From contig CBDBCZ010000017.1 in NCBI GenBank assembly GCA_965203295.1, forward strand, positions 1,280,001-1,344,000: DNA of 64,000 bases. The letters are read 5' to 3'. This DNA comes from Nitrospirales bacterium (GTDB lineage Bacteria > Nitrospirota > Nitrospiria > Nitrospirales > UBA8639). Each line of letters begins with the position of its first letter. Position 1 is the first letter of the stretch. The translations under genes and the position numbers were made by a program. The notes beneath the pieces were generated by a model. That model saw nothing but the letters and a program-made list of their open reading frames with translations, was not told the origin of the DNA and searched no databases. This document shows, one piece after another, positions 10,614 through 23,146 of this stretch.

Positions 10614-13600
10614 ATGGCCGATCTGTCTGGTGACGCTACGGACGCCGGGCGCACGGTGCACTACGAAGTAGAGACCTCCCTTGGTCGCGGTATCGTGGTA
10701 TACGACGTCGGCGAGGTGTTCATCTACATTCCCGCCGAGCTCTCCGCCGCGGGCTTCGAACTGAAGATAGCTGGGAGGGTGCGCATTACCGATCAGGTAT
10801 AATTTGCACATGCAATATTGAAGGGCATTAATTGGAGTGGTATCCCGCAGCTCTTCTCGATTATAAGCACGGAATGTCAAGGCATGATAATGCACTGTTT
10901 TTTATCCACGGTTTGGACAACGGTCGTAGTTTTGCAGGCTCACTCGGGAACCCCGTGTGAGTCTGACTCACAAAACTAGTCTCGTTCCCAGCCCCACAAT
11001 CGAGGCTAAGGATCTCTTCCTGTATCTCGCCACAAAAAGTTTTCGTGGTTTGTCACGTTAAATTTGGACCCCAATACGTTCCCCCCGGAACAAATATTTT
11101 GGGTTTGCGGTGAAATATTCGGACCTCCCTTGAAAAAAAAGTTCCGCATGTCTACTGTGTGTACCAGCAGCCACTGCCTGTCAATCATTCACTATCATAC
11201 TTGAGATGGTCGTAGATCATAAAAAGGCCAGCGAGTCATCAGAAGTGCTGGCTTACGAAAGTATATGGCTAGATCTAAAATAAAAACAAGCTTAAAGTTT
11301 GCAGTTCGCATCGGCGACTCGATTGTGCCGTCCCGCCCGTCCGACTCCAACGCTTGTTTACGGGCAGCCTACTCAAACTTCTGCTAATCTGAGATCTGTA
11401 GTAGCTAAGCCTCCCTTGGTAAAAACTATGCGATAGACTTTTTCAAGTGTCGGACTCTTCGTGAAGGGGGGGGGGGGGGGGGGGGGAACAAAAATTTCAG
11501 AGGGGGTCCATATATTTCAACATTATGTTGAAACTATATGTTCCGGGGGGTCCAAATATTTTGAAAAATATGGACCGGGGGGAACCATTTTAGGGGGGTC
11601 CAAATTTGTCGTGACAGGTTCCCCCGAGTGAGCCTGCAAGACTACATACTGCGTGCTGGGAATGAGACTACACAAGATTACATTTGGGCCAAATTTTGGG
11701 ATAGCATTCCAAAGGGGCTGATTTGATTCCAAATACCATTCCCTCAACAGCGGGATCAATGGTAGTCACTTGCGTACCTCCTGTAGAAACGTTAATGATC
11801 AAAGATTTCTGATTGGCACAACTGGTACTCTATAGCTTGATATTTATTTCAAACTTTCCGTCATTCTGTAGCCCCGCCTCCTTATTGTCTGCAAAATGAT
11901 TATTAATGCATTGCCCTCCTCCTCCCCCTCCCTCCCCTCCCCTTCTCCTCCCCCTCCCCTCCCCTCCCCTCCCCTCCCCTCCCCTCCCCTCCCCTCCCCT
12001 CCCCTCCCCTCTCCTCCCCTCCCCTCCCTTCCTTTCTCCTCTCCTCCCCTCCCCTCCCCTCCCCTCCCCTCCCCAGGGAGATGAATTCTTCCTCAACTGG
12101 ACGCCCTCAGACCTCACAAAACAGGATGTGGCCTGTCTCTACTCAGCAGAGAAAGATGGATGGACCCTCGTTGACGAATTTGGTAAGTCTGATCGATTTT
12201 AAGGGACGTTGACGTACGTACGCATAGTTTACTGAAGGTAACCCTATCGTCATTTTAGTTGGCCAACTAAAACTAAAACAACTTAGTTCTTTTTTTTTCC
12301 AGCCGGAGCGCGCGCAGCACGCAGACAGCTGGTCCTAAGATTACTTTGCGTTTTCCACGTTTGTTTGTTTGTTTGTTTTTTTTTTGGTACATGTAAGTAG
12401 CCGTAAAGATCCTGTTTTCGTGACGTATACATGTAGCTACTAACTGGAAGCACACGATGAAACTGCCGAGTCAGCACTTTTGCTGTACTGCGTTAGATTG
12501 CTTATCAATTTCGGCAGGATGCCTACTGTTGTATAGTTTGTAGTTGTACAGCTGCAGTTAGCTTGGCTGAGCTGAGTTGTGTGATTGTACGGGAAAGGTG
12601 TCCGGCTGAATTTTTAGACAAGAAATGTCAGGACTTGTTTTTTCACTAAAATGTATGTGAGAGTGTTAAACGGGATCGACACCTTCGCGATGATGTACAT
12701 GTATGATGTGTTTAACACTCTCACATACATTTTAGTGAAAAAGCAAGTCCTGACATTTCTTGTCTAAAAATTTAGCCGGCCCGTACAACTGGAGTTTCAA
12801 CATCATCGCGAAGGTGTCGTTCCCTGCAGTTGAAACTCCAGTTCTGATTGAGTCTCAGGAACTGAGTTACCCTGACCGGGACTACCGCGTGGGTGGCATG
12901 CTGGACATGCCCGAGCCCTCCATTGTGGGTGGGGCAAACGAGAGGTCTCCGGGGGGTGCACCCACTCGGGATATGGCCCATCGAGCGAAGGGAAGGGGAG
13001 AGGAGGATGAGGAGGCAAAGGCCGTGGGAACAGGTGAGCGAATGGTCCTCTGGATCCCCCTCCCCAGCAAGCGCTCCCCCCCCCCCCCACGCACACACAC
13101 ATTCAGGCAGGAAGGGTTGTAAATTTTATGTCTATATTTGCGTCTCCTCAGGTTCTCGATCTTTTGACAAGGATCCCCGAGTCACCAGCCACCATGCATC
13201 GAAGGTAACCACACACAGCGCAGAACCTCCCAGGGCGGACGCCATCAACTTTGGCCTCAGTACGCTCCATTCCATTCGAGAGAAACAGCTTATGAATCAT
13301 GGACGGAGGTGTGTGTGTGCATGTACGTCTATGTGCATGTATGTATGTGTGTGTGTGCATGTGTATATGTGTGTGATATATGTGTGTGCCCGTATGTGTG
13401 TGTGAGTGTGTGCGCATTGAGTGTGTGTGAGTGTGTGTGAGATATTTGTTCACGTACAGTGTATGCCTGCCCCAGGTACAAAATTAATGCTAGTTTCTGT
13501 ATCAAATTTATATGCACCTATATGTTGTTTAATCTGGATGCAAGACTACATAGTACGTACATGTACATGTATGTACATGTAGCAAATACGAAGTCCATTC

Positions 13601-16600
13601 TTGTTAATTACTGTATGAGTTGTGCTCTAACCTTTCACAGTGGGTACCTCTTGTGAGCACTATAGTATTTACTAGTTAGACTATAGCTCAGTATTGGGGG
13701 TACGGCCCATCAATCTAGTCATTACTGACAACAAAAGTTACCGTCTCTTCCCCTCCCCCAATCCAGATCTCTCACCTTCTACCTGCTGGACGGTCGCGAG
13801 TTGCCCACCCTCTATTTCCACGATGGAGGCACCTCCGGGCTGCTCCAGGCATTACAGAGATACATGTACCTCACGAGGTGAGTGAGGCTCTTCACTTGTT
13901 TCTTCTTCAGCTACAGTGGAACCCCTCTTAACCCTTTACCAACCATAAGAAACAGCTTAAAGAAGCAGAAAAGCCTGTACAAAGTATTAACGCCTAGTAT
14001 TAAACCCCCCATATAAATTCATACGGGCTTATGGGAGCTCATGACGCATATATGCGTCATTGGTTGGTAAAGAGTTAAAGGACACCCCTGAAATATGGAC
14101 GCCTCTGTGTTAAGAACACTTTTCAAATATGCTACATGGTGTATAAGTTTATACCCCTGAAATGAGGACACCTCTCTATACAGGACACTTCACCAGGTCC
14201 CCAAGGTGTTCACAGTATATACAGGGGTTCCACTATACATGCATGTATATGCGCACGCCGAGTTAACTCACCAACACAGGGATGAGATAGCCTTTTTCCC
14301 AGGCCGCACCATTTTCTGATACACCAACTGTCACGTGATCAACTTACTTCATTATTCGATTTGAAAAAAGGTTACATACATGTACTTACAAAACCAAATA
14401 ATTGTATCATGTCATCACATCCTGAAGATAATAGCATTAGGAATCATGTGATATAATCATACTATTGAGGCAAAAGGAATGACCTAAGTTTGAAGAGGTA
14501 ATGACTAAACACATGACTCTGATTTAAGACAAACTCTACAAAATTACAAAATACGTAAGTACATGTAGTAAAGCAATCCATCACATGTATACATGTACAT
14601 GCATGTTTGTTAATACGTTAGGGACCCTAAAGATCAGAGCCTGTTAGTGGCCAAGGACAAGAGCCGGCAGGATGACAAGCCATCTCAGGAGTGGGACCAT
14701 GCCGGAAAGAGAGCAACACCGAAGAAAGGAATTGAGGTACATGTACATGGCATATGTGTATGTGTATATATCCTATAGTAACCAGGGTTTCATACACTGC
14801 CAGTGGGGTGGGAAATTTAACCAGGAAAATCCTCCCAAAGGCCAATTCCCTCCTCCATAGAAACATTCTTGCCCACTATATTGATTGCTATGTATCTGTG
14901 ATCCCAAATTAATCCACAATCGAATCATGTGTGCAAGCAAAAAGTAGCAAACATTAAGATAAATACATAACAGCAGTACATGTATATATTGTATGTACTT
15001 ACAGGCCTTTGCAAGTGCATCTACATGTACATGTACATACAGCATGCTACATGTAGGTTGTCATACTAAATACAATATTCATGGTCCCTAGTCTGGGGTT
15101 ATAATACGTACATGTCCCTGTATGAAGCCCTGATCATGAGCTACATGTATACTGTGTACATGTATTTCCCCAACAGAACATACTGCACGAGGCGGTGGGA
15201 GCGGTGGGGAACATCATTCCAGGGTTGACGCGAGCTGTCAGACAGCACCTCATGTCCGAAAACAGACAGCTCTTGGAGGTCAGTACTCCATTTCTGCTCT
15301 AAGAGGAATATTATCAATCCCTCCTAGCTAGCTTGTGCATGTCTTTGTGTGTTTGTTTCTGGCAATATAGCTGCTGGGTCTGTCGGGGGGGCTGCTTGCA
15401 CGGTTTAGGGTCATATTGTATATGTATACCTTGGACTACACAAATGAAGAAAGCCCACGAAATTCACCAGCAAAAGTTACCAGCTGTATGGTACTATAAA
15501 TGTAAGTACACAGACGGCTCAAGTCTGCCAGCTAATGACAGCAAAAAGCTACCCAGTAGCAGACATACATTTCAGTACGGGTTCTCACTACGGGTGCTAT
15601 ACCTGCGTACATGCACGGGAATGTACTGTACATTGCAAACTTCTGTGAGAAGATAAGCTTTCTGAGAGAGTAAAGAAATCCCGAAAAATCGGGACCCAGC
15701 TGGGGATTGAACCCAGGACCTTCTGAATACTAGTCAGATGCTCTTACCAATTGAGCTACTGGAGCCCCCTTGGCAGTGGAGCAGTAGGCAAGCTTTATAT
15801 AGCCACTAAACCTGCTAGTAGCACATGTACATGTGCCGTGTTTTCAATGGTGCAGGTTCGCCCTGGCACGGTAGAGGAAGAGGAGGAGGAGCTGGAAGAG
15901 AGGTTACAGACTGTGGCCTACAGCGAGGTGGGATCCAGGACCGTAGAGGTGAAGGGTCAGGATGGAAAAGCCGTGGAGCTTGACCCCGATGCCTCTCTGA
16001 TAACAGACTTCACCGTCATCACTGACCTTCGGGTGAGTGTGCTGATTAGCGGTAGTAGATTTTGTGACAAACTCGTGCAGATCCTCTGCTCCATACAGTG
16101 TTCTCACCAGAATAGCTATATGGTCTTGATGTTTGTTTCAAGGGCTGCTGCATAGTGATCTTAGCCTATATACATGTACATCATACATGTATGTCAATCG
16201 ATAAGAGTGGAGTATTTTTTACTTACTACATGCACTATTTGTGTAATTCTTGTTCTCACACTACCCAATGTTTCTCCATAGTTATATCTGGGGTAGCAAT
16301 CAAACCTCTTATAATAATATGGTAAACACACCAATAACATGTGCAGAGCTGAATAAAATACAGTATGTGCCTGTTTGTGACTAAGCCTCCTGTCATTTCC
16401 TTCCCTCAGGGAAAGCTTCCAACCCGTCCTCCCCTTATTCCACGTCAGTCTCCCCTGACAGCAGAGGAGTGGGAGTCATTACGGGGCGCTGATGGCAGGG
16501 TCTCTGCGCAGAATGAAAGACACTTCAGAGCTAGAGTCTTTGCTGGGGTAAGTTAGTAAGGCTCATCATTATTCAGATATTCTCTCAGTTAGCTAGTAGA

Positions 16601-19600
16601 ATTAATCGTGAAGTTACTTCAATTCCAACCCAAAGTTCAGCAGATCAAGTTCTTTAATTTCCGAAGTTTCGACTACAGGTTGTAGTCTTTTTCAAGGCAT
16701 AAAATATATCGTATTTGCTGCATGAAATTGTACAAGAAGAGCCAGCTCCAATGACTCTCTCGTAATCTTAGTGATTTTCAAACAGGGCATGGATCACCAG
16801 CTGAGAAAAGAGGTCTGGCGCTACCTGCTCAACTACTTCCCCTTTGACGCCACTGACATCGAGCGCATGGAGCTGAGGAGGCAGAAGGAGAGGGAGTACC
16901 TGTCCATGAAACAGCAGTGGCAGAGCTTCACTGCGGCACAGGAGAAGAATTTCACCAAGTGGAGGGAGATCAAAGTTCTCATCAGTAAGAACGCATACTC
17001 TTATCCCTACTAAGTTCTTATTAGTGAGCTGTTCACTCTGAACAGTGTATGGCAGTTTGCACTACTGCTCAGCTGCCATCAGCTTTTGCGGCAATTCAGC
17101 TGAATCTGTCTTCTATTATGGTACCATGAATTGCGGTTCCCCTTTATTTTTGCGCGGTAGCAGGACCTGGTGAAGTGTCCTGCATACACTGGAACTAGCT
17201 ATAGCTCTTATATTGTGGACACTTTGTGGACTGGTGAAGTATCCATGTACAACTCAATTGGTAAGAGCATCTGACTAGTATTCAGAAGGTCCTGGGTTCA
17301 ATCCCCAGCTGGGTCCCAGGATTTCTTTTATTTTTGCGCGGTAGCAGGACCTGGTGAAGTGCCCTGCATACACTGGAACTAGCTATAGCTCTTATATTGT
17401 GGACACTTTGTGGACTGGTGAAGTATCCTATACATGTACAGCTCAATTGGTAAGAGCATCTGACTAGTATTCAGAAGGTCCTGGGTTCAATCCCCAGCTG
17501 GGTCCCGATTTTTCGGGATTTCTTTACTCTCTCAGAAAGCATATCTCCTCACAGAAGTTTGCAATGTACATGTATATAGAGCTCATTTTAGCTGTAGATT
17601 TTTATTAAGAATGCATACTTGGGACACAGCAAAATGTCCATATTACAGATCTGAGGGGTGTCCTACCTTTAAGGGTGGTTTCACAGTACGACCATGTAAT
17701 TACATTCATCAATGTATGCAGCTGTCTGGTCGTATGTTCCCATACCAAAATTTGAGGATTTTTTTTTTTTGGACTCCCTAGATAAAGATGTATTGCGTAC
17801 GGATCGTGACCTGGAAATCTACAGGAACAAGGATGGAACCAAGCTTCTTCAGTTGGAAGACATACTACGGACTTACGTGATGTACAACTTTGACCTGGGT
17901 GAGTGAAAGGGGTCTGAAATGTCTAATTGCCCAATTGCATGTGTGTAGTTAAAAGGGAGAATGTGATTAGTTTACTGTAGTATTTGGACAATGATGGTAG
18001 AGGAATGAAACTTTATTCAACGTTTCGGCAGTATATATTTTGACTATACATGTATATCTTCATCAGGACAATACTTTAAATTTGACCTTCTTATCAGGAA
18101 GCTGATGAAGATAGCCAAAAATGCTGTCAAAATAAAGTTTCATTCCTCTACCATCATTGTCCTAATACTACAGTAGACTGGATGGTAGCATGGCCCTGAG
18201 GGAGAATGTGATTGTGTAGTATGTGTGTTATATGAAAGAACAAAACCAATGACTACCAGACTCTTTGCTCTACCTTCGTACAACTGAGTAAATGGGGAAT
18301 GTGGCTACACTACTGTCACTTGTCCTAACATATGTACACAGTGTTTCCATATACCGTAAACTACGTATAATCCACCCATGATGTACATGTATTATCCGCC
18401 CATCCCCCTTTTTGAGTCAAAGTTACGTCGGAGGGTATTTATGAACTTAGTATCCGCCCACCCTTAAATACCATCCATGCAAGCTAAACATGTAACTAAC
18501 AATTAACTGAAAATTCCAAGACAACGAGCAGAATCAAACGACAAAACTCGATCTCCAGTGCGCTTTAATTGGAATACTGATGGTAAATCTGTCAGCCACT
18601 TCGCTTTTTAGCGGATAATAGTAGTCTGCATGCTTCTATAATAGGTAGTTCAATACAATTTGCATTCACTGTGGTGCGGTACTCGCCTAGAAAAGCTATA
18701 CTTACCTTGTATGCTCACTTTGCGTACCGTGCATTTGGAATGCGTTCGAGTGGGCGAATACTACATCGCATTTATAAAAACTACGTATTATCCGCCCACT
18801 CCCCTCTTTCAGCTTGCACTGAAGTGGCCCGCCCATGGGCAGATAATACGTACTTTACGGTATATACTTTCCTTGTATGGTATATTACACATCACAGGCT
18901 ATGTGCAGGGCATGAGTGACCTCCTGGCCCCAATTCTCGCTGTGATGGACAATGAAGTGGATGCGTTCTGGTGCTTCGTTGGCTACATGAACATGGTGGT
19001 GCGTCAGTGATTCAGGATAGTGGAATGTGTAAACTATTTAATTTCCCAAACAGCCAAAAAGATAGTTATGGGGAACTAAAGCAGGAAGACTGGGTAGACA
19101 ACCAATGCATACAGTAAAGTGAGCTCAGACTACAAAGTGCATGGCTGCAGTGTAGGAAGTTAAGGCAGAGGCTCAAGAAAGTCTAAATACTGTAATAGTA
19201 GTCATCTTGAGATATACGTAGCCTTGTTCCATCCCGCAACAGTTAATTGTTTCATCATCAAACTGCCCTGTTGTGGGATGGAACAAGGATACGTATATCT
19301 CAAAATTACTACTAGCCAACTGAGAATTTCCCTTCAACACTGTATCAGTAGTGTATGTGCAGCAATTTGAAAGCAACATTATAGGCTGGAGTACGATTGT
19401 ATATATACAAGTGACTATATGTATATTATTTGCATTATACAGTGATGTATATCTCCAACTTTTCATTGCGATATAGGGCCACCACTTTGAAGAGAGCCAA
19501 GGTAGTATGAGGAATAGGCTGAAACAGCTAAGAGCTCTGCTCAATGTGACCAATGAATCACTGTACCAGTTCTTGAGTAAGTTTCTGCAGCTCGAGTTTG

Positions 19601-21835
19601 ACTGACTATTTTGAATGTAATTTGTTGGCAAATGTGGCAGTAGAGAATATATACACAGAGATCCGACCGGGACTTGAAGCTGGGTCCTCTGATTTCCAGT
19701 CAGATGCTCATAAAGAAAGAAGATTTTAGAGCTACATGTAGCCGGGACTTGAACCTGATTTCCAGTCAGATGCCCTAACCACTGAGCTTAAGAAAAAAAT
19801 GCACAGTATTTCCAGTTCAGATGCTCTAACCACTGAGCTACTGGAACACTGTCATATACATGTACAGAAAGGCCTGGTTGGATCTTAGTATCAGGATCTT
19901 AGTATCAATAATTGCTGTGTGCATTTTCCCTGTGCTAAATGATGATTACTTATTAAGCCAGTACCTATACATTTATACTTACTGCCCGTAAATTGCAGAC
20001 TGTGGTGCTCTTTATGTTTATCATTTCACTTTACCCTTCGCAAACCTACTACCATGATGCCGCCTGCCACAGAGGGTAAGGAGACCCACAATTTGTACTT
20101 CTGCTTCCGGTGGCTTCTGGTGGACTTCAAGAGAGAGTTCTGCTACGAGGACGTCTACAAACTCTGGGAGGTATACAATCATGTAGATTAAGACCTGTAT
20201 GTGCCCAGCCCAGCACTCATGTACATGATCAGGCTCACGTTTGCTAGACTAAGTGAGAGTGTGGTGCATTTAAATTCGTATTTAAATAGGAAACAATGAA
20301 GGATAGCTGCACTGGTGACATGCAGTCTGTGCCATTAGCGCAGAAGAAGTACCTCTGGCAAAGAGGTGGAGAAGTGAAGGCTTGGCTCTATATATTTTCT
20401 CCTATCATGCTGCTTACATTCTTCACGCACATGCAAAATGCACCAGGCTCACGGTATAGCAAAAATGTAATGTGCACTTGAATTGATTATTTTTGTACCT
20501 AGGGAGATCAGCCTCAAATATATTTGTACAAAATTGGTGAGAATTTTTTTTAAGTAAACACTTCATCTTCTGCAGGTGATGTGGACGGGTTACTTATCTC
20601 GTGACTATGCGCTATTCATCGCACTGGCTATTATTGAAATAGAGAAGACACACCTTCACAATCCAAACAATGACTTCAGTGATATTCTACAGGTCAGCAT
20701 GATGGGTGTTAATTACTGAATTCATACACTTGCTTTTTTCTTCTTACACACCTTTTCCATTGAAGCTCGCCCTTTGTGCATGATCAACTGTTACGTCCAT
20801 GTGTGTAACCCTTGCTATAAGAGTTCCTTGCTATTCTGTATACCATCATACCAGTTTCCGAAAGATAGTTGGAAATACACTCTATTGTAGACACCTTGGG
20901 GAAAGCAGTTCTGAAAGATAGTTGGGAATACAGTGGACCCCTCTATTGTGGACACCTTGGGGACCTGTATAGAGAGGTGTCCTCATTTCAAGGAGTAATA
21001 TTACATTGCAAAAGCATATTTGGGTCACAACAAAGTTTCTTTAATTAATACAGAGATGTCCTTATTTCAGTAGTGTCCTTTTCCACTATGTTTTTCAGTG
21101 TATTCTCTGAAGGACCAATTAACTTTTTTTTGGCCAAGTTAGATGTGACATTAAGTAATAGTTAGGTACCAGTTGGCAGTGTATTACGGCATTTAGTTAG
21201 TACGCGAGGGCAATTAAGTAACGATCGAGGGATGACAATGCACAAGTAACAATAGATAATAGACGAGATCAAGAACAGACATGTTTGAGATGCAACAACA
21301 TACTTTACATGGGCATGATTTACACTTTTCAGGGTGTAGTTTGTGCTTTGGCCAATTACTGACAGAATGTCAATGGTTTGATTATTCACACATTGAAGGT
21401 ACATGTACTGACAGTAATTAAAATTTCTATTATTGTTTTATCTTAGCATATCAATGGACTGGCAAAGAAAATTTCCCTGAATCCAGTACTGGAATTGGCT
21501 GAGTCAATCTGTCGGCAAGTTGGAAAGTTCCCAAGTCTACCCACAGATTTGCAGTCTCTGGTTGTCAAGTATGTATTCAATATCAGCACTATCCAACCTA
21601 TACAGTCATTAATCTAGCCTCGTACCCAGGCCTTCCCCGCACTTACTTTTCCCCGTTTATTTTCGTGAGTGCGGGGAAGGCCTTGGTATGAGGCTATCAT
21701 TGGTGATAATTATTAATATTATGGTATTTATGTTCTCTTAATCTCAGACCAATGCCTCCACGATTAGAGACTTTCACAGACTCTGGCTCGGAAACTGTGG
21801 TGTGTAACCCAGACAGTAGTGCTGTGCAGGTTTAG
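10614..21835 (+). CDS. TBC1D15: TBC1 domain Rab7-GAP, TBC1D15/TBC1D17 family, 17 exons
   Basis: Exons 10614-10796, 12077-12182, 12830-13033, 13152-13308, 13767-13877, 14622-14736, 15177-15278, 15856-16032, 16410-16547, 16786-16984, 17782-17898, 18898-18998, 19477-19576, 20073-20170, 20576-20692, 21447-21568 and 21748-21835 splice in phase. Motifs [30 protein letters not shown] (arginine finger), [10 protein letters not shown] (glutamine finger) and [17 protein letters not shown]1D15 and TBC1D17 cannot be distinguished. Confidence 0.9.
11913..12074 (+). repeat. (CCCCT)n polypyrimidine microsatellite at the exon-2 acceptor of TBC1D15
   Basis: Direct read; it ends at CCCCAG|GGA (12077). Confidence 0.9.
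13914..14235. mobile_element. Tc1/mariner-type MITE interrupted by a piggyBac-like MITE (13932-14074, TTAA TSD)
   Basis: CAGTGGAACCCCTC-TTAA-CCCTTTACCAACCA...TGGTTGGTAAAGAG-TTAA-AGGACACCCC; the copy at 3024 lacks the insert. Confidence 0.8.
15627..15770 (-). mobile_element. tRNA-derived SINE
   Basis: A box TAGCTCAATTGGTAAGAGC, anticodon-like arm TCTGA-CTAGTAT-TCAGA and B box GGTTCAATCCC, with a mismatched acceptor stem and a non-tRNA tail shared with the copy at 17440-17570. Confidence 0.8.
17142..17570 (+). mobile_element. Two tRNA-derived SINE heads inside a ~183-bp tandem duplication
   Basis: Unit CTTTATTTTTGCGCGGTAGCAGGACC...CTCAATTGGTAAGAGC...CTGGGTCCC is repeated at about 17142 and 17325; the second copy has the full tail. 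Confidence 0.8.
17954..18212. mobile_element. Inverted-repeat element resembling a Penelope-like pLTR remnant, with 14-bp flanking direct repeats
   Basis: About 45-bp arms (TACTGTAGTATTTGGACAATGATGGTAGAGGAATGAAACTTTATT and its complement), CTGATGAAGA on both strands, and GGGAGAATGTGATT on both sides. Confidence 0.5.
18352..18862. mobile_element. MITE with TA-CCGTAAA termini (Tc1/mariner/pogo-type)
   Basis: TACCGTAAACTACGTATAATCCACCCATG / CATGGGCAGATAATACGTACTTTACGGTA. Confidence 0.75.
19660..19850 (-). mobile_element. Cluster of partial tRNA-derived SINE fragments
   Basis: Three partial copies of GGGACTTGAA...TTTCCAGTCAGATGCTCTAACCACTGAGCT (reverse complement of A/B-box heads). Confidence 0.6.
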
Positions 21836-22537
21836 TGCAGCCAACACCACGGACAGCTTCATTTTGTACTAAAACTACAAAATTATTATTGTCATATTAA
21901 CCGTTTTCACATCAGTTCACTGTTTATGCACTGCTACTCACTTATACCTCCGTTTCGAGAGTTGTTTCTTGCTCAGACCGAATTAATAATATCGCTACGT
22001 ATATGTTTGATCATGGGTGGCATGCTCTATGAGCCCGAATAAGTGCTGAGATTGCCAGTAATTAATGTAACACAGTCCTTGGGCTCATAGAGCATGCCAC
22101 CCATGATCAAACCTACTTAGTACATGGGTGGGGAGAGTGTGGCCTAAATAATATTATGATGGTCTGTGTGTTGAAATATGTTCAGCAAGATATACAGCTC
22201 AGGAAAATCTGTCTCTATGGTAACGTGTACCAACTGACATGAACACTAGGTGTCTAACCAAGCTTCCATGCTCATTGATTATTCATAAGTGGTCTAATTT
22301 AATCTGGCAGCTTCCTATGCTCTATGGGATCGATTCTTACTATACTCTATGGAAATTATTGCATACACTTGTTACTACATGTATAGTAACACTAGTAATC
22401 AGTAAGCCACATCCAGACACATGGTGTAAATAGGGAAGTACAAAAGGAAGTACAAGTAAACAGAAGGCAAACACACTATTAGATCACCATAATTGTTTAC
22501 GGTACATGTATGCAGTGCCAGGAATTTGTTATTTAAT

Positions 22538-22638
22538 AGATAAACCGCGGTAGCCAGGGATTTATGGTCCATAAACTGCCCTAGCCCGAGGGCGAGGGCT
22601 GTTTATGGCCATAAATCCCTGGCAACCGCGGTTTATCT
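22538..22638. mobile_element. Short palindromic MITE
   Basis: AGATAAACCGCGGTAGCCAGGGATTTATGG / CCATAAATCCCTGGCAACCGCGGTTTATCT. Confidence 0.7.
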
Positions 22639-23146
22639 GTTATATTCTTAAGCGGATTGGTTCTTTGGGTCCATGGTAACCGACGCTTAGCTAGTAGCTA
22701 CAGTACTACAGTATCGCTCTGTGCGGTTCTCCGACTTGTCTTGAGTGGACGGAATCATACTGACTGATGTGCTGTATGTTATATATTGCCCTGAGGGCTG
22801 GAGTATATGAAACATGATCTACAACTTCCTGTCAGTATATGGAATTTATTACCCGTCTGGTACTATAGAAACAAGGGCGAAGTGGAGAATATAGCATTCC
22901 TATTATCATTCCAAAGACTAAGTCTTGTATTGCAAAATCCCATGCATCAAAATTGACTTCTGCAGTAGACATTGCATAGTATCTGCAACTGCATGAGATA
23001 AACCTTAAAACATTTTTGCAGTGAACAGAGCTCGATATCCCACTACTACTGACTATCAAAAAATTTAATTCAAACATGCATTAATTTATGCAGGTATGAC
23101 AACTACATGTACCAATGTAAAAAAAACTTGTTATAGCCAAGAGACA

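Noticed and set aside
15690..15770. Functional tRNA-Thr(AGT) genes (also 17247-17318 and 17440-17507)
   Set aside because: Mismatched or missing acceptor stem, non-canonical T loop and a shared non-tRNA 3' tail indicate SINEs.
21948..21985. Hammerhead-like CTGAGCAAG...CGAAAC on the minus strand
   Set aside because: The core is CTGAGCA rather than CUGANGA and the stems are not convincing.
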